Shown: one piece after another, positions 49,956-62,347 of the stretch
Layout: each line of letters opens with the position of its first letter
How positions within the stretch are numbered: the stretch's first letter is position 1
Source of the DNA: Octopus vulgaris
Taxonomy: Eukaryota
Assembly (NCBI GenBank): GCA_951406725.2
Contig: OX597834.1
Span: 1,798,001-1,862,000 of the forward strand
DNA: 64,000 nucleotides
Reading direction: 5' to 3'
The notes under the pieces: generated by a model
What the model was told of the DNA's origin: nothing
Database searches by the model: none
Seen by the model: only the letters and a program-made list of their open reading frames with translations
Position numbers and translations under genes: made by a program

Positions 49956-50388
49956 TAAAATACCTTTTACTTGTCTCAGTCATGCTGGGGCAGGCTTGAA
50001 GAAAGTTTTAGTCGAATGAATTGACCCCAGTACTAAATTTTTAAAACAGTTATGGGGACATAAACACACCAACACCGGTGACAAACAGAATGACACATAC
50101 ACACACGTACGATGGCCTTCTCAGTTTCTGTTCACTAAATCTACTCACAAAGCTTTGGTCAGTCTGAGGCCATACTAGAGGATGCTCAAGGTGCCACGCA
50201 GCGGGACTGAACCTGGATCCATAGTGATATAAAAAAAATAAAGGGACAAACATGTTATACAAGCTATATAAAAATCTATACACTCACACTGCATCTGACG
50301 CATACAAGCATGGGAAAGTAGACTTTAAAACAATGATGTATGAATGTGTGTGTGCATATATGTGTGTGTGTGTGTGTATATATATATG

Positions 50389-50427
<39 letters not shown>

Positions 50428-50525
50428 GTTAATCCAAACAAGAAAACAAAAAAAAACACAACAACGCGAGGACGTGGAAGAAATAAAGTATTATTGGACG
50501 CTCAGGAAAGAGGGGAAGAAGGAGG

Positions 50526-50560
50526 GTTTAACGTTTCGAGCGGAGCTCTTCGTCGGAAAC
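50526..50560 (-). ncRNA. Minimal hammerhead-like motif (U4C core variant, no helix III loop) inside a short interspersed repeat (~50425-50630)
   Basis: Minus strand GUUU-CCGACGA-A-GAGC(UCC)GCUC-GAAAC-GUU^AAAC; the AACGUU palindrome replaces helix III, as in minimal hammerheads of Penelope-like elements. Confidence 0.55.
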
Positions 50561-50709
50561 ATAGGAGAAGGAAAGATCCCGAGAAGGGAAGACAGAGGAA
50601 AAAAATCGCCAGTGCTACTCACGAGGTCACATATATATATGTGTGTGTATATATATATATAAATATATATAAATATATATATATATATGTGTGTGTGTAT
50701 ATATATATA

Positions 50710-50780
<71 letters not shown>

Positions 50781-53700
50781 TGTACGCACTGGGGGTCGAT
50801 GTAATCGATTTAATTCCTTTGTCTGTCCTTGTTTGTCCCCTCTATGTTTAGCCCCTTATGGGCAATAAAGAAAGAAATATATATATATATATCAATCATA
50901 ATAATAATCTTAACGGCCACTTTACCAAGGTCACATGGGTCAGACGGAGTTTAGAGGCACACCCTCTACAGCCCACCCTACAACCAATGCTCACCTGTTT
51001 CCAATCAAGGTAATATTTTGCCGATGGTCCGACATGTTTTCGCAGAATGTTGGAAATTAATAACACTGCTTATAGGACGGTGATAATCGTTTACAACTAT
51101 CACGCAATGACAGGACAAAGAAACACAAACACAAACATACTCACACATGTACAGATACAAACACATGTGCATGCACTCACACACACACACGACCAACTTC
51201 TATCAGTTTCCATCAGTCAAATCCAAACGGTGGAACTGAACAGAAAACTCTCTGTGGTTGGAAGCTTCTCGACCTCATAGCCATGCCTGCATCTCCCAGC
51301 CACACAAAAATACAGGTTTGATCAAAGAATTCTACAACCCTTTAGTGCAAACCCCGCTCCATATAGTCCCTTACTTGACTTGGACTTTATTTAATAACCC
51401 CCACCCCCACCCGAATAATGGACAAAGTGTACCTTGGTGTGATTACAAATCCACAAACCCAAATACTGTACCGTCTTTTGTCCACTATTTTTACTGTTTT
51501 CGTCAACCCACTTTCAAGGCCATTAATCCTTCCTATTATAGGCGCACAACCTGAAATTTCAGAGAAGGGTTAGTCTATTCATTTGTCTCTACATTCGGAG
51601 TTCAAATTCCGCTGAGATAAACTTTTCCTTTCATCCTTTCAGAGTTGATAAAACAAGCAGCAGTCAAGCACAGGGGTTGGTGCAACAGACTTATCCTCTC
51701 CCACAAAATTGCTAGCTTTGTGCCAAAATTTGAAACCATTATTATCAGAGTTCAAATTCCATCGGGGTTGACTTTGCTTTTCATCCTTGCAGGGTCAATA
51801 ATGTAAGTACCAGGTAAGCACTGGATTTGATGAAATCAACTTAACCCCTAAACCCCTCCCTACAAATTTCAGGCTTGTGCCTATAGTAGAAAGGATTGGG
51901 AAAATGGTCAGTGTGAAAGGATCAATTCCAAGTATACACCTATGTGAAAAAAAAAAAGGCTCTAGTCGTGTCGGTCAGGCTACCCGTGGCTTTTCTGGTT
52001 TTCTACAAGTAGCGTTAAAGCACCTCCTCCCATTGGGAGTTTTATTTATTTTTTTCTTTGTTTATTTTACATACACGTTCTAAAATCCTTTGTATCATCC
52101 TGTTTTATCATTTCATGTTGCTTTTATGATAGCCCTTGTGGCCAATAAAAGAATAAATCATTATTATTATTATTATTACCAAGGCAGCGAGCTGGCAGAA
52201 TCGTTAGCACACGGGGCAAAATGCTTTACAGCATTTCAACCATCCTTACATTCTGAGTTCAATTTTGCCTGTCGTACTTATGGGGTCAATAAAATAAGTA
52301 CCAGTTGAGTACTGGTGTCGATGTAATTGACTTCCCCTCGACCCCCAAAATTTCAGGCCTTGTGCCTATAGTAGAAAGGAATTATCAACTGTTGTGAAGT
52401 CTGTGAGCCAGCCTGCTGCATAGTCAGCCACTCTGACAAGCAAGGCAGCAGCAGAGAGAAACAACTTACAGTTGTACTTTCTCTCCTGTTAAACAAATGC
52501 ATTGCCAGCTCTGACACACAAGTGATAGACTTGTGCGTGTGCATGTGTGTGTGTGTCTATACACCCATATACACTTACGCACACTATAAAATATACAGAT
52601 TCGAGATAAAGCAGTTCAATAAGTGATTGCTTTAATAAATTAACAGCTTAGCATTCCTTATATGTATGGATACATATCTGGAAGGATGGTGTGGATGAGG
52701 TTGGCCCTAACGAGCAAGATGACAATTGAAGACGTAGCTGGTGAATGGTAAAGGTGGACATGGAAGCACAATTGGGCCCCTGCACCTACGGTCACCAGGA
52801 GAAGAAGTGGGAGTGGGTATCCATTACAGCCTCGACTGTGGCTGACCCTCAGATGTGGTCAGCATTTGTGAAGGACATGGAGAACTCAACTAACCCTGGA
52901 TGAATACTATTCCATGTAGAAGTAGGAGGACACAAATCTGAGTGTGGATGGGTGTGTGTGTGTGTATGCATGTGAGTATTCATGCGTGTGTGTGTGCTGT
53001 TTTGTTTTTCCATGCTAGTATGGATCAGACAAAACTTGAGGTAGATTTTCTGCAGCTGGATGCTCTTCCGGTCACTCACCCTTACCTGTTACCAAGGCAT
53101 TGCACTGTTCTCACACATCAAAAACAGAAGCTGCAGAACTGTTTCCACGGCAATTGTAAATATAAGACATCATTTTCACTGACACACATACAACGGGCTT
53201 CTTTACAGTTTCCATCAACCGATTCCATTCACTCTGTCTCGACTTTGTCTTATATTAGTATATACAAAATAACTGGCCAATAATATTGCCTTCAAATTTT
53301 GATACAAGACCAGCAGGTTTAGGGGAGAAGTTAAATTGAATAAATCGCAACCCCAGAATTCAACTGATACCACCACCATCACCACCACCAAAGGCGGAAA
53401 ACAAAGTCGACCCCAGCAGAATTTGAACTCAGAACGTAAACATGAACAAAATGCCACAAAGCATTTTGCCTGGCTTGCTAACAATTCTGCCAGCTCAGGG
53501 CCTTACAAATGACCAATAACCTTAATATGTACATTAATACATACACACACATACATGTGACAAGCTTCTTCACAGTTTCCATCTACCAATTCCATTCACT
53601 ACAACACAGTGGAACCAACACTGAACCACATGGTTGCAAAGTTCATTACTTCACAGCTGTGCTTCCCCTTTTATGTTATACAGACATAAATTTTTAGACA

Positions 53701-54166
53701 TCTAGAAAACCTCAAACCCATGCCATTAACGGATGTTAAACAATGATGATGATGATGACAAGAGAATAGCTGTGAAAACAGCTTCAGGAAACCAGATAAA
53801 AATACCCCTAAAGACAGGGGGAAAAGGGACCAGCAACCACTACACAGGAGGAACTCTGTACCTCTCAATTCCAGGTGAGCACTCTGCACCAGTGAGATAA
53901 ATGGCCCTTGACAACAAATACCATCTTTAACAATATTAAATAATAGCTTCTTTTTTTTTTTTTCTTCTTGAAATGTGAGAAGATTTTTATAAATGAACAG
54001 TGAAACATTGAACTCAATAAGTTTGTGAAGTACATATCTGTTATACTTTTATATGATTGGTGTCAGTGACTCTGAAGTTCTGAGGTGGTAGCCTTCATTG
54101 AACCAGCCAACAAATGCAAGCAGGTCAAAACTTCAAAGTCAGTCACCATTCTTCATATGAAAAAAT

Positions 54167-54202
<36 letters not shown>

Positions 54203-55841
54203 TACTGGGTCATCCCAGGAAGGAATTTCAACCGTGTTTCGTGGTTTGCTCCCACAACAACTCCTTTATAGGATCCAGTTAGCTCAAGACATCATCAGGA
54301 GGAACCACGTCCGGTTTCGGCCCCTACTCCTCTACCGTTTTGACATGGTGCCCCCACCTCTTTCGGAGGTGTCTTCAGCTCTGGTGTTGGGTGCATGTCT
54401 TTCAATTGCATGAACTAAAAGTCAGAGGGGAACAGGATAAACTACCTGCATCAACTTGCTATAAAAGCAGGTAGTAATTTTATCTTATTCTTAGAGCAAT
54501 TTTTGAAGCATGCAGTTCGATTTTAACAGTTATTTTTCCAAAGGGAAGTGACAAAGGAGCATATTCAGCATATTTTGCTTTTTGAGTTCAATAAAGGCAA
54601 CAATGTAACAGAAAGTGTGAGGAATATTAACCCTTTCGTTACTATATTTCTGACCAAAATACACCCCTTATGTGTTTCAATTAATTTCTAACATAATCAT
54701 AAATTTAGTCTGGTTTCATTAAACAACTATAACTTTTTTATTTATCAATATATTAACGTGAATTTTGGAAGATAATTTAATGAAATGTTCTCAACCAATT
54801 CTATACTATAATTTTTGTCACAAAGTGACTCTAATTGCAGGTAGATACAGGTAAATTCAACAAAATATAAAATTATTAAAATTTTGTTCAAGCATCGCTA
54901 TAGAAAATGGGTTATTAGCTAATATTCAATTGGGTATACAACAAAATTTTACAATAGAATTTGTTATTCTGGGTAACTTTCTGATACTCATAATAATATT
55001 TATGGCAAAATAGTCTTAATTTCATTTAAGGTTATGGGAAACCACTAACTATCCTTTCTTTCGTTTTGTTTACATTTAGCGTAACGGTTCGTTTCCGCCG
55101 TAATGATTTCAAATAGGCTCATTCGAAAAAGTAAAAAGAAATAGTCTAAGGCTTTACTCTTCTGGGAAAGTCTGTGGCTTGGTCCAGTTTCTTCAGAAAA
55201 ATCACCAAAAGAAACAGTTTTTTAATTTTCACTCCATTCAGGTGCCAATTCATTTTCTTTATCGCTGTCGGAGCTCTCGGATTCACTGTTTTCACTTTCG
55301 GAAAATGAAACATCAGATTCATTAACAAATACCACATGCTTTTTTTTTCAGTCATAGAGTTAGATTTATGAAGGTCTTCAGTAGAAAATCCTTCGAATTC
55401 TGACTCGCTGCTTGATATAATGAAATTCGTATCCATTTTTTGTCAGAATTACAAATTTTGAAAACACAATAGGAACAAATTTCGGTAAAAAATCTCCCAA
55501 AATTCACGGAATTAAAATTACACTTCGATTTTTGTACAAAACTGTAGTTGAACTGTTTACGAAGTATAATACGTATTTTCACGAATGTACTGAAGAGATT
55601 TGCTCTGATATTCTCATTTAAATATGAATAGGTAAATTCGGGCGGCTTTGGGCGGTTTGGTCACATTAACCAAAATTTTTTTCGGGCGGTTTCGTAACGA
55701 AAGGGTTAATGCAGCATATGGAGATCAGACAATATGCATAAGCCAGTGTCAATGGTGGTTCCAGAAATTCCAAGCCAGAAACTACAGCCTAGGAGACGAG
55801 CCTCATCCTGGAAGATGCATGATTTATGGGATGACCCAATA
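54203..55841 (+). mobile_element. Internally deleted mariner element (same family as 3692-4551) carrying two nested insertions
   Basis: 5' TA-CTGGGTCATCCCA and 3' TGGGATGACCCAA-TA termini. The transposase N-terminus EVTKEHIQHILLFEFNKG..RNI/NAAYGDQTI..QWWFQKF..SLGDEPHPGR reads continuously once the piggyBac is removed. Confidence 0.85.
54631..55705 (-). mobile_element. Non-autonomous (internally deleted) piggyBac element
   Basis: TTAA target duplication (54627-54630 and 55706-55709); perfect 12-bp TIR CCCTTTCGTTAC/GTAACGAAAGGG; broken minus-strand transposase N-terminus (SSSESEFEGFS...; ALDYFFLLF..LFEIITAETNRYA). Confidence 0.92.
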
Positions 55842-55854
55842 CACACACACACAA

Positions 55855-56110
55855 TTTGGAGTGAACAATGTGATCTCAGAATACCGAAAATACAAGTTCC
55901 GCTGCATCGGACATGTCACAAGATTCACAGACAACAGGTGGACCCGTGCAGTTGCCAAGTGATATCTAAGAGTTCAGAAAAGCAATAAGAAGATGATTTA
56001 GTCAAGCAATTTGGGCCAACATAAAAAAAGAATGGCACAAATTAGAAGCACAATGTGATCAGTGGTGTGTAATAGCATGTGATAGCCTGGTCAATACTAT
56101 CAATACTATA
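55855..56110 (+). mobile_element. RTE-like LINE 3' fragment
   Basis: KYKFRCIGHVTRFTDNRWT resembles the K.KW.WAGH..R..D.RW motif at the RTE C-terminus. Confidence 0.6.
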
Positions 56111-56179
56111 TGGTTAGCCCAGTCGGCAGAGCACAAGACTCTTAATCTTGGGGTTGTGGGTTTGAGCCCACATTGGGCA
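56085..56179 (+). pseudogene. tRNA-Lys(CTT) pseudogene with disrupted 5' acceptor strand
   Basis: TAGCCCAGTCGGCAGAGCA-CAAGA-CTCTTAA-TCTTG-GGGTTGTGGGTTTGAGCCCACATTGGGCA aligns to metazoan tRNA-Lys-CTT. CpG-type decay in the T arm (TTTGA instead of TTCGA), a 1-nt deletion, and the 5' GCCTGGT separated by caatactatcaatactata. Confidence 0.8.
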
Positions 56180-56513
56180 CAGTATTTGTTTTTAGGCACA
56201 GGTATGGCTGTGTGGTAAGATGCTTGCTTTCCAACCACATGGTTCTGGATTCAGTCCCACTGTGTGACACTTTGGGAAAGTGTCTTCTACCATAGCCTCT
56301 GTGTGTATGGTTGTTTGTCCCCCCACCACCACCATCACTTGACAACCAGTGTTGGTGTGTTTACATCCCCGTAACATAACAGATCGGCAAAAGAGAATGA
56401 TAGAATAAGTACTAGGCTTACAAAGAATAAGTTTTGGGGTCGATTTCTTCAACTAAAGGCAGTGGCCCAGCATGGTCGTAGTCAAATGACTGAAACAAAT
56501 AAAAGAATATACG

Positions 56514-56545
<32 letters not shown>

Positions 56546-56946
56546 GTGTACTGTTCCATGATGGTAAGATCAACATAAAAAAGTACCCCACCTGGTGAGG
56601 GATAAATATCATTTAATAAACATAATATATGTGTTTATGTTAAAAACACTGACTGGCATGCTCTCAGCACATGAAACTAATAAACACAACATACATATAT
56701 TGTGTTTATTAAATAATATATATAAATATTAATAGTTATCGCCCAGCTAATATGGCAGTCCAGAAATATAGGACGAATGCTATCGTTGATTAGCTCCAAG
56801 AGGCCATCGCCTCTAGCTAAGTTACAGGGATGTAAACACACCAGCATTGGTTGTCAAGCGATGTTGGGGGGACAAACACAGACACGCAAACATACACACA
56901 CATGTACATATACATATATATATATATATATATATACATACATACA

Positions 56947-57089
56947 CAATTGAGGCCAAAAGTTTGGAACATATTTTTAAAAATTAAAACTGTTATGCCT
57001 GAGTACAATTTGATTCAAATATAACTTTGGGCATTTAAGATAAAAATTCTAATTTTCAGACCTTCAGTCCAAACTTTTGGCCACAACTC
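56947..57089. mobile_element. Tc1-like MITE
   Basis: ~22-bp imperfect TIRs CAATTGAGGCCAAAAGTTTGGA / TCCAAACTTTTGGCCACAACTC followed by TA. Confidence 0.7.
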
Positions 57090-57604
57090 TACACACACAC
57101 ATATACTCACAGAGCTATTTTAAAGTCCTGATGCAATATTCTATGTTTCCAATTCCAGTTCTATAAATGGTACAAGAAATTGGTAAAGAGCTATTTTGAT
57201 GCCTCCTCCATTTATTTTGTTGTCAAAATATTTATTATAACTATTCCATAACTTTTAAGAAACTCAATAATTACATCCAAGTTTATTCTCGGGAGACACG
57301 TAAAGTCTAAAACTTGTTTATTCTACCAAACTTTGATCCGGAGATGACTGCTTGTTGGTTGGGATAACAAAACTGATCACAATATACAACCACCAAATAT
57401 CAACTCTGAAAATATATAATTTGTTCTAGAACTTCATAGCTACATCGTGGTGGGTGTATATAGACATGAGAATGTTCAATATTAACAATATCATCATCAT
57501 CATCAACTGTAAAATATAATTTCTTCATCACAATGTGTATATACACAGTAACAGTGGATATGTTGGGTATTATCACAATGAACATTAATGGAATTAGTAG
57601 TTTT

Positions 57605-57995
57605 GTGGTACCAGTGCCGGTGGCACATACGAAAACCATCCGAACGTGGCCGTAGCCAGTACCGCATTGACTGGCCTCCGTGCTGGTGGCACGTAACAAA
57701 CACCATCCGATCGTGGCCGTGCCAGCCTTGCCTGGCCTCCGTGCCGGTGGCACGTAAAAAACACCATCCGAGCGTGGCCGTTCGCCAGCCTCGTCCGGCA
57801 CCTGTGTCGGTGGCACATAAAAAGCACCCACTACACTCACGGAGTGGTTGGCGTTAGGAAGGGCATCCAGCTGTAGAAACACTGCCAGATCTGACTGGCC
57901 TGGTGCAGCCTTCTGGCTTCCCAGACCCCAGTTGAACCGTCCAACCCATGCTAGCATGGGAAACGGACATTAAATGATGATGATGATGATGATGA
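57605..57995 (+). mobile_element. SINE with internal ~55-bp tandem subrepeats and a (GAT)n tail (other copies ~4915-5075, 7860-8032, 8385-8565, 9520-9910, 12860-13020, 16590-16740)
   Basis: Recurring GTGGTTGGCGTTAGGAAGGGCATCCAGCTGTAGAAA...CCAACCCATGCTAGCATGGAAA..TTAAATGATGATGAT. Confidence 0.8.
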
Positions 57996-58389
57996 AGAAG
58001 AAGAAATCTGCCTAAAAATGTAAATCTTTCACTCATCCAGTCCCCACATTAAATTCTACTGTTTGGAGAACTAAAGTTACAATACATTTAAAATGGTACA
58101 AGGACTTATAAAGAACCGTGTGTGTGTGTGTGCACAGTGAGGTTGGATGTAAATTTGGAGCAAATATGGAGGTTTTCTCAGCCAGAAAGTGATTTTTTTT
58201 TTCTTTTCATATTTAACCCTTGAGCATTCAAAGAGGCCATCATATCTGGCCCAAATATTTGACCTGCTTTTATGTCCAAACTGGCCTCTCACACCTGTCA
58301 TACATCATTCTAAACATAGACAATCACATCATCAGAATCACAAATCCACAAGATAATCCAGAATTAATTTGAAACAATGAGATCAAATA

Positions 58390-59265
58390 AACATGTGGCT
58401 TCATCATCATCATCATCATCATCGTTTAACATCCATTTTCCCTGATGGCATAGGTTGGACGGTTTGACCAGGGACTGGCAAGCCAGAAGGCTGCACCAGG
58501 CTCCAATCTACGTTTGGATGGTACTTTTAACATGCCACAGGCACAGGGAGCAAGTCAGGCAGCTCTGGCAATGACCCATGCATGAATGGTGATTATTGCG
58601 TGCCACCAGCATGGAAACCAGTCAGGCGGCACTGGCACTGGCCACAACTACAATTTCCATTTGATTATGATTTGATTTGATTTTGATTTAAAGGTCTTCT
58701 CAAAATGGCATGTCGCCCGACAAGTCAAAGGTACTTATTAGATGGGCTGGTTATGCACCACAGGTGTAGGCTACGGTTGAGATCTCACTTTCCTTGCTGG
58801 GTCTTCTCAATCACAACATTTCTCCAGAGGTCTCAGTCTTTCGTCATTGCCTCTGTGAGGCCCAACGTTTGGAGGTCATGCTTCACGACTTCATCCCATG
58901 TCTTCCTGGGTCTCCCTATTCCACAGGTTCCTTCCACTGTTAGGGAGTGACACTTCTTCACACAGCTCTCCTCATCCATATGTAGTACATGACCATACCA
59001 GCGCAGTCGTCTCTCTTGCACACCACATCTGATGCTTCTTATGTCCAACATTTCTCTCAGAGTGCTTACACTCTGTCATGTGTGCACACCGACATTACAC
59101 ATCCAGCAGATCATACTAACTTCATTTCTCTCAAGCCTACACATGTCCTCAGAAGTCACAGCCCATGTTTCACTGCCATGTAGCATGGCAGTTCGCACAC
59201 ACGCATCATACAATCTAAATTTCACTCTGTGTGAGAAGCCCTTTGCTGTCAGTAGAGGTAGGAGC
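58390..59265 (-). mobile_element. RTE-clade LINE 3' fragment with SINE-like tail
   Basis: LYDACVRTAMLHGSETW...RRLRWYGHV...GRPRKTWDEVVKHDL, followed by a 3' region ending in TTAAAC(GAT)n. Confidence 0.85.
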
Positions 59266-60362
59266 TATGCTAAAAAGTTAAACATCATATATAGCCATTA
59301 AATAAGAAGTATTTGGGTCCACATGAGAGAAGAGACAAGCAATTAAATTAGTAGGTATTTAATTGCTATCTGTAAATGTGAAATATTAGATAAAATATTC
59401 TGAATGCAGGCAATTTGACAAAACACCCATATAATTTCATAAAATACCTGTATAATTCTGTCCATCACACTTGTATAATTTTGAATGTCACCAGTGTAAT
59501 TTAATGACATGCCTATATAATTTAGTGTCACATATAATTCCATGTCACACCTGCATAATTACACACCCTTGTATAATTCTATGACACACTAGTATAATTT
59601 TGAAACAGATGTATCACTAAATTATATAGGTGTGACATGAAATTAGACAGGTGTGTTGTGAAATTATAGGGGTGAGTTACTCAATTATGCAAATGTGTAT
59701 CTATATAATTAATGAGAACCCTGTCTAATTATTTTGACACATCTGTATAATTTAGTGACAGCCACAAGGAAGTACCACAGGGTGATGTAACTCATTCCTA
59801 TAGTACCCTCAAGTAAGTACCACAGAGATGGTACAACTCACTTCTATAGTAAACTCAGGTACCAAAAGTGGTATGATTTACCCCCATTGATTTATTGTAT
59901 TGCAGTTAGTGATAGGTTCAATTCTGGTTGCAGGACAAGTTAACTGCCAGTACCCAGGTAGCCTAGGGCAAGATGTCAGATGCAGGAGCCTTGATATGGA
60001 CACTTCAATTTTTATTGAGAAGAATAAATGAGAAGAAACAATGTATAATATAGCCTACGATACACTGTCTAAAGCAGAAGCAGAGATGGTCATGGCTGGA
60101 CCACCTTTAGTCAAAGTTGATCTAACAATAATAAACATGACTGGTGCATAAATTTGTTAAATAATAAATAATTATCTAGGAATTAGTTTTGGTTGCAGAA
60201 AGAGTTTGTTAAGAGAATTTAATTAAATGTAATATTTGAATAAATCAATGCAATAATTAATTAAACATAATTAGCTACATATGTACAGATATGGCAGCAG
60301 GTTTAAGAATGATTCAATTCCATTATGCCACACGTTTGGCAAGTCTCTTCTACCAGAGACTG

Positions 60363-60595
60363 ACTTCTGGGGAGAGGAGATAAAATAAAGTACCAGTGAT
60401 GTTCTGGAGTAGATTTAATATTCCTTTAAAACATCTTAGATGTTAAGTGAAATTATAAAAGAAGACTAACATGGATTTTGCCTTTCATCCTTCTGGGGAG
60501 AAAGGATAAAATAAAGTACCAGTGACGTACAGTGGTAGATTTAATATTCTTTTAAAACACTCTAGATGTGAATGGAATTATGACAGAGGACTAAG
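60363..60595. repeat. Local direct duplication of ~105 bp
   Basis: CTTCTGGGGAGA..GATAAAATAAAGTACCAGTGA..GTAGATTTAATATTC..TTTAAAACA..TAGATG occurs at ~60364 and ~60490. Confidence 0.8.
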
Positions 60596-61901
60596 AATCT
60601 CAAAAGTTCTTACATAAAAATCATGCTGTAAAGTTTTAATTTATACAAGAATACTTTGAAATGATGCTTTAGCATCAGAGATACCAAAGATAGCATCAGA
60701 GGACGTTGGTATGTAAAGGGTCCAAGTTTTAAGAGGATGAGGGGAAAGATGTTACTGCCATCATGGGGAGGGAGTGATTAAGTGTTGAGTCTTGACACTG
60801 AAATGTATTCTTGGCAGAGGAAACACCAAAGAATACAGAGATTAGATGTTAGAATCCTGGAAGTCACAAAGTAAAAGGATTGTTAGCAGCCCAATGGACA
60901 AGTTTAAGAAATAAAGACCACAGGGTCAAACCTATGGACATCCAAGAATAACATGCCTGATGACTATCACAAATCAAACTGATTAAAACTTAGAATTCAT
61001 GTAAATATTGAGGGCTTTAAGGGTATTATTGCAAAAGGCCTGGTTGGAAGCCAAACCTCCAGAGTTCTTTTACAGGGCTTAGAAAAACTGAAGGACCAAT
61101 GCAATAAGTGTGTGAATCTGAGAGGGGAATATCTTGAGTGAGATCATAATTAACTGATCCGCCTGTGTTTTCTTTTATCCAAAGCCAGGAACTTTTCAGC
61201 ACCCCATCGCATGGCAGTAGTACTTCGACCGGGGTCCATGTAACCCTTGGGGGTCCAAATAAGATTTTGTTGTTAAAGCTTATCTGCAATAAATTGGTTA
61301 TACAATTCCTAATAACATTTGTTCTTTTACTTGTTTCAGTCATTTGACTGGGGCCATGCTGGAGCATCACCTTTTAGTTGAAGAAATTGACCCCTGGACT
61401 TATTCTTTGTAAGCCTGGTACTTATTCTATCTTCTGCCGAACCACTGAGCTATGGGGACATAAACACACCAACATCAGTTGTCAGGCGATTGGGGGGTGG
61501 GACACAGACATAAAGACACACACCACACTTGTGCCTATTTAATTATAAAAATAAAACATCAAATGGTTATGAGGGTCCACCCGAGTAAAATAGGAATTGA
61601 ATGGGTGGACAGGGAGAAAATGGTTGGGAACCATGGACCCTGTTAAGATAACTAGTTTCAACTGGTCTGATTACTGTATACACTTCCAGGAATAAAACAC
61701 CTGATGACTCTGGGAAATCAAACTAATTGATACATGGTGCAGATGCTCCAGTTAGGGTCAATACAATTTCAGGAATACAACACGTTAGTGACATTCAGAG
61801 ATCAAACACATTTTAGATGTCAAATACAAAATATTATGAAAAGTGTACAGAAAATTATATAAAATAACTCAATCTCAGAGATTTATACAATAATAAGTTG
61901 T

Positions 61902-62347
61902 TTAACCCTTTTGATACCAACCCGCCTGAAAGCGCCCCTGGCTCTGTGGTACAAATGTCTTGTTTTCGTAAGTTTTGAATTAAAGTCTTTCACTAAACCT
62001 TAGTCACAATTTATGTTCCTAACACTACCTTAATAATCTTGTCTACTCTAGGCACAAGGCCCGAAATTTTGGGGGAGGGGGCCAGTTAATTAGATTGACC
62101 CCAGTACACAACTGGTACTTTATTTACCAACCCCTAAAGGTTGAAAGGCAAAGTCGACCTCGGTGGAATTTGAACTCAGAACGTAAAGCTAAGCATTTCG
62201 CCCAGCGTGCTAACGTTTCAGCCATCATGCCGCCTTAACACTAGATTAATGATAACTAAGTTATTCTACTAAATTCTTTGTTGTATTTAAAATTAATTGA
62301 AAGAAACACAGAGCAACTCAAAATAAATATGGTAATGAAAGGCTTAA
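61902..62347. mobile_element. piggyBac-type (TTAA) MITE interrupted by a SINE; related copies at ~15097-15572 (two in tandem) and ~22125-22300
   Basis: TTAA-CCCTTTTGATAC ... GTAATGAAAGGC-TTAA termini resemble the ends of the 54631-55705 piggyBac. Confidence 0.65.

Noticed and set aside
61700-61730. CTGATGA...GAAA as a hammerhead (also CTGATGA at ~60957 and CTGAAGA at ~15749, ~792 and ~46732)
   Set aside because: No convincing helix II, GAAA, NUH and helix I arrangement.
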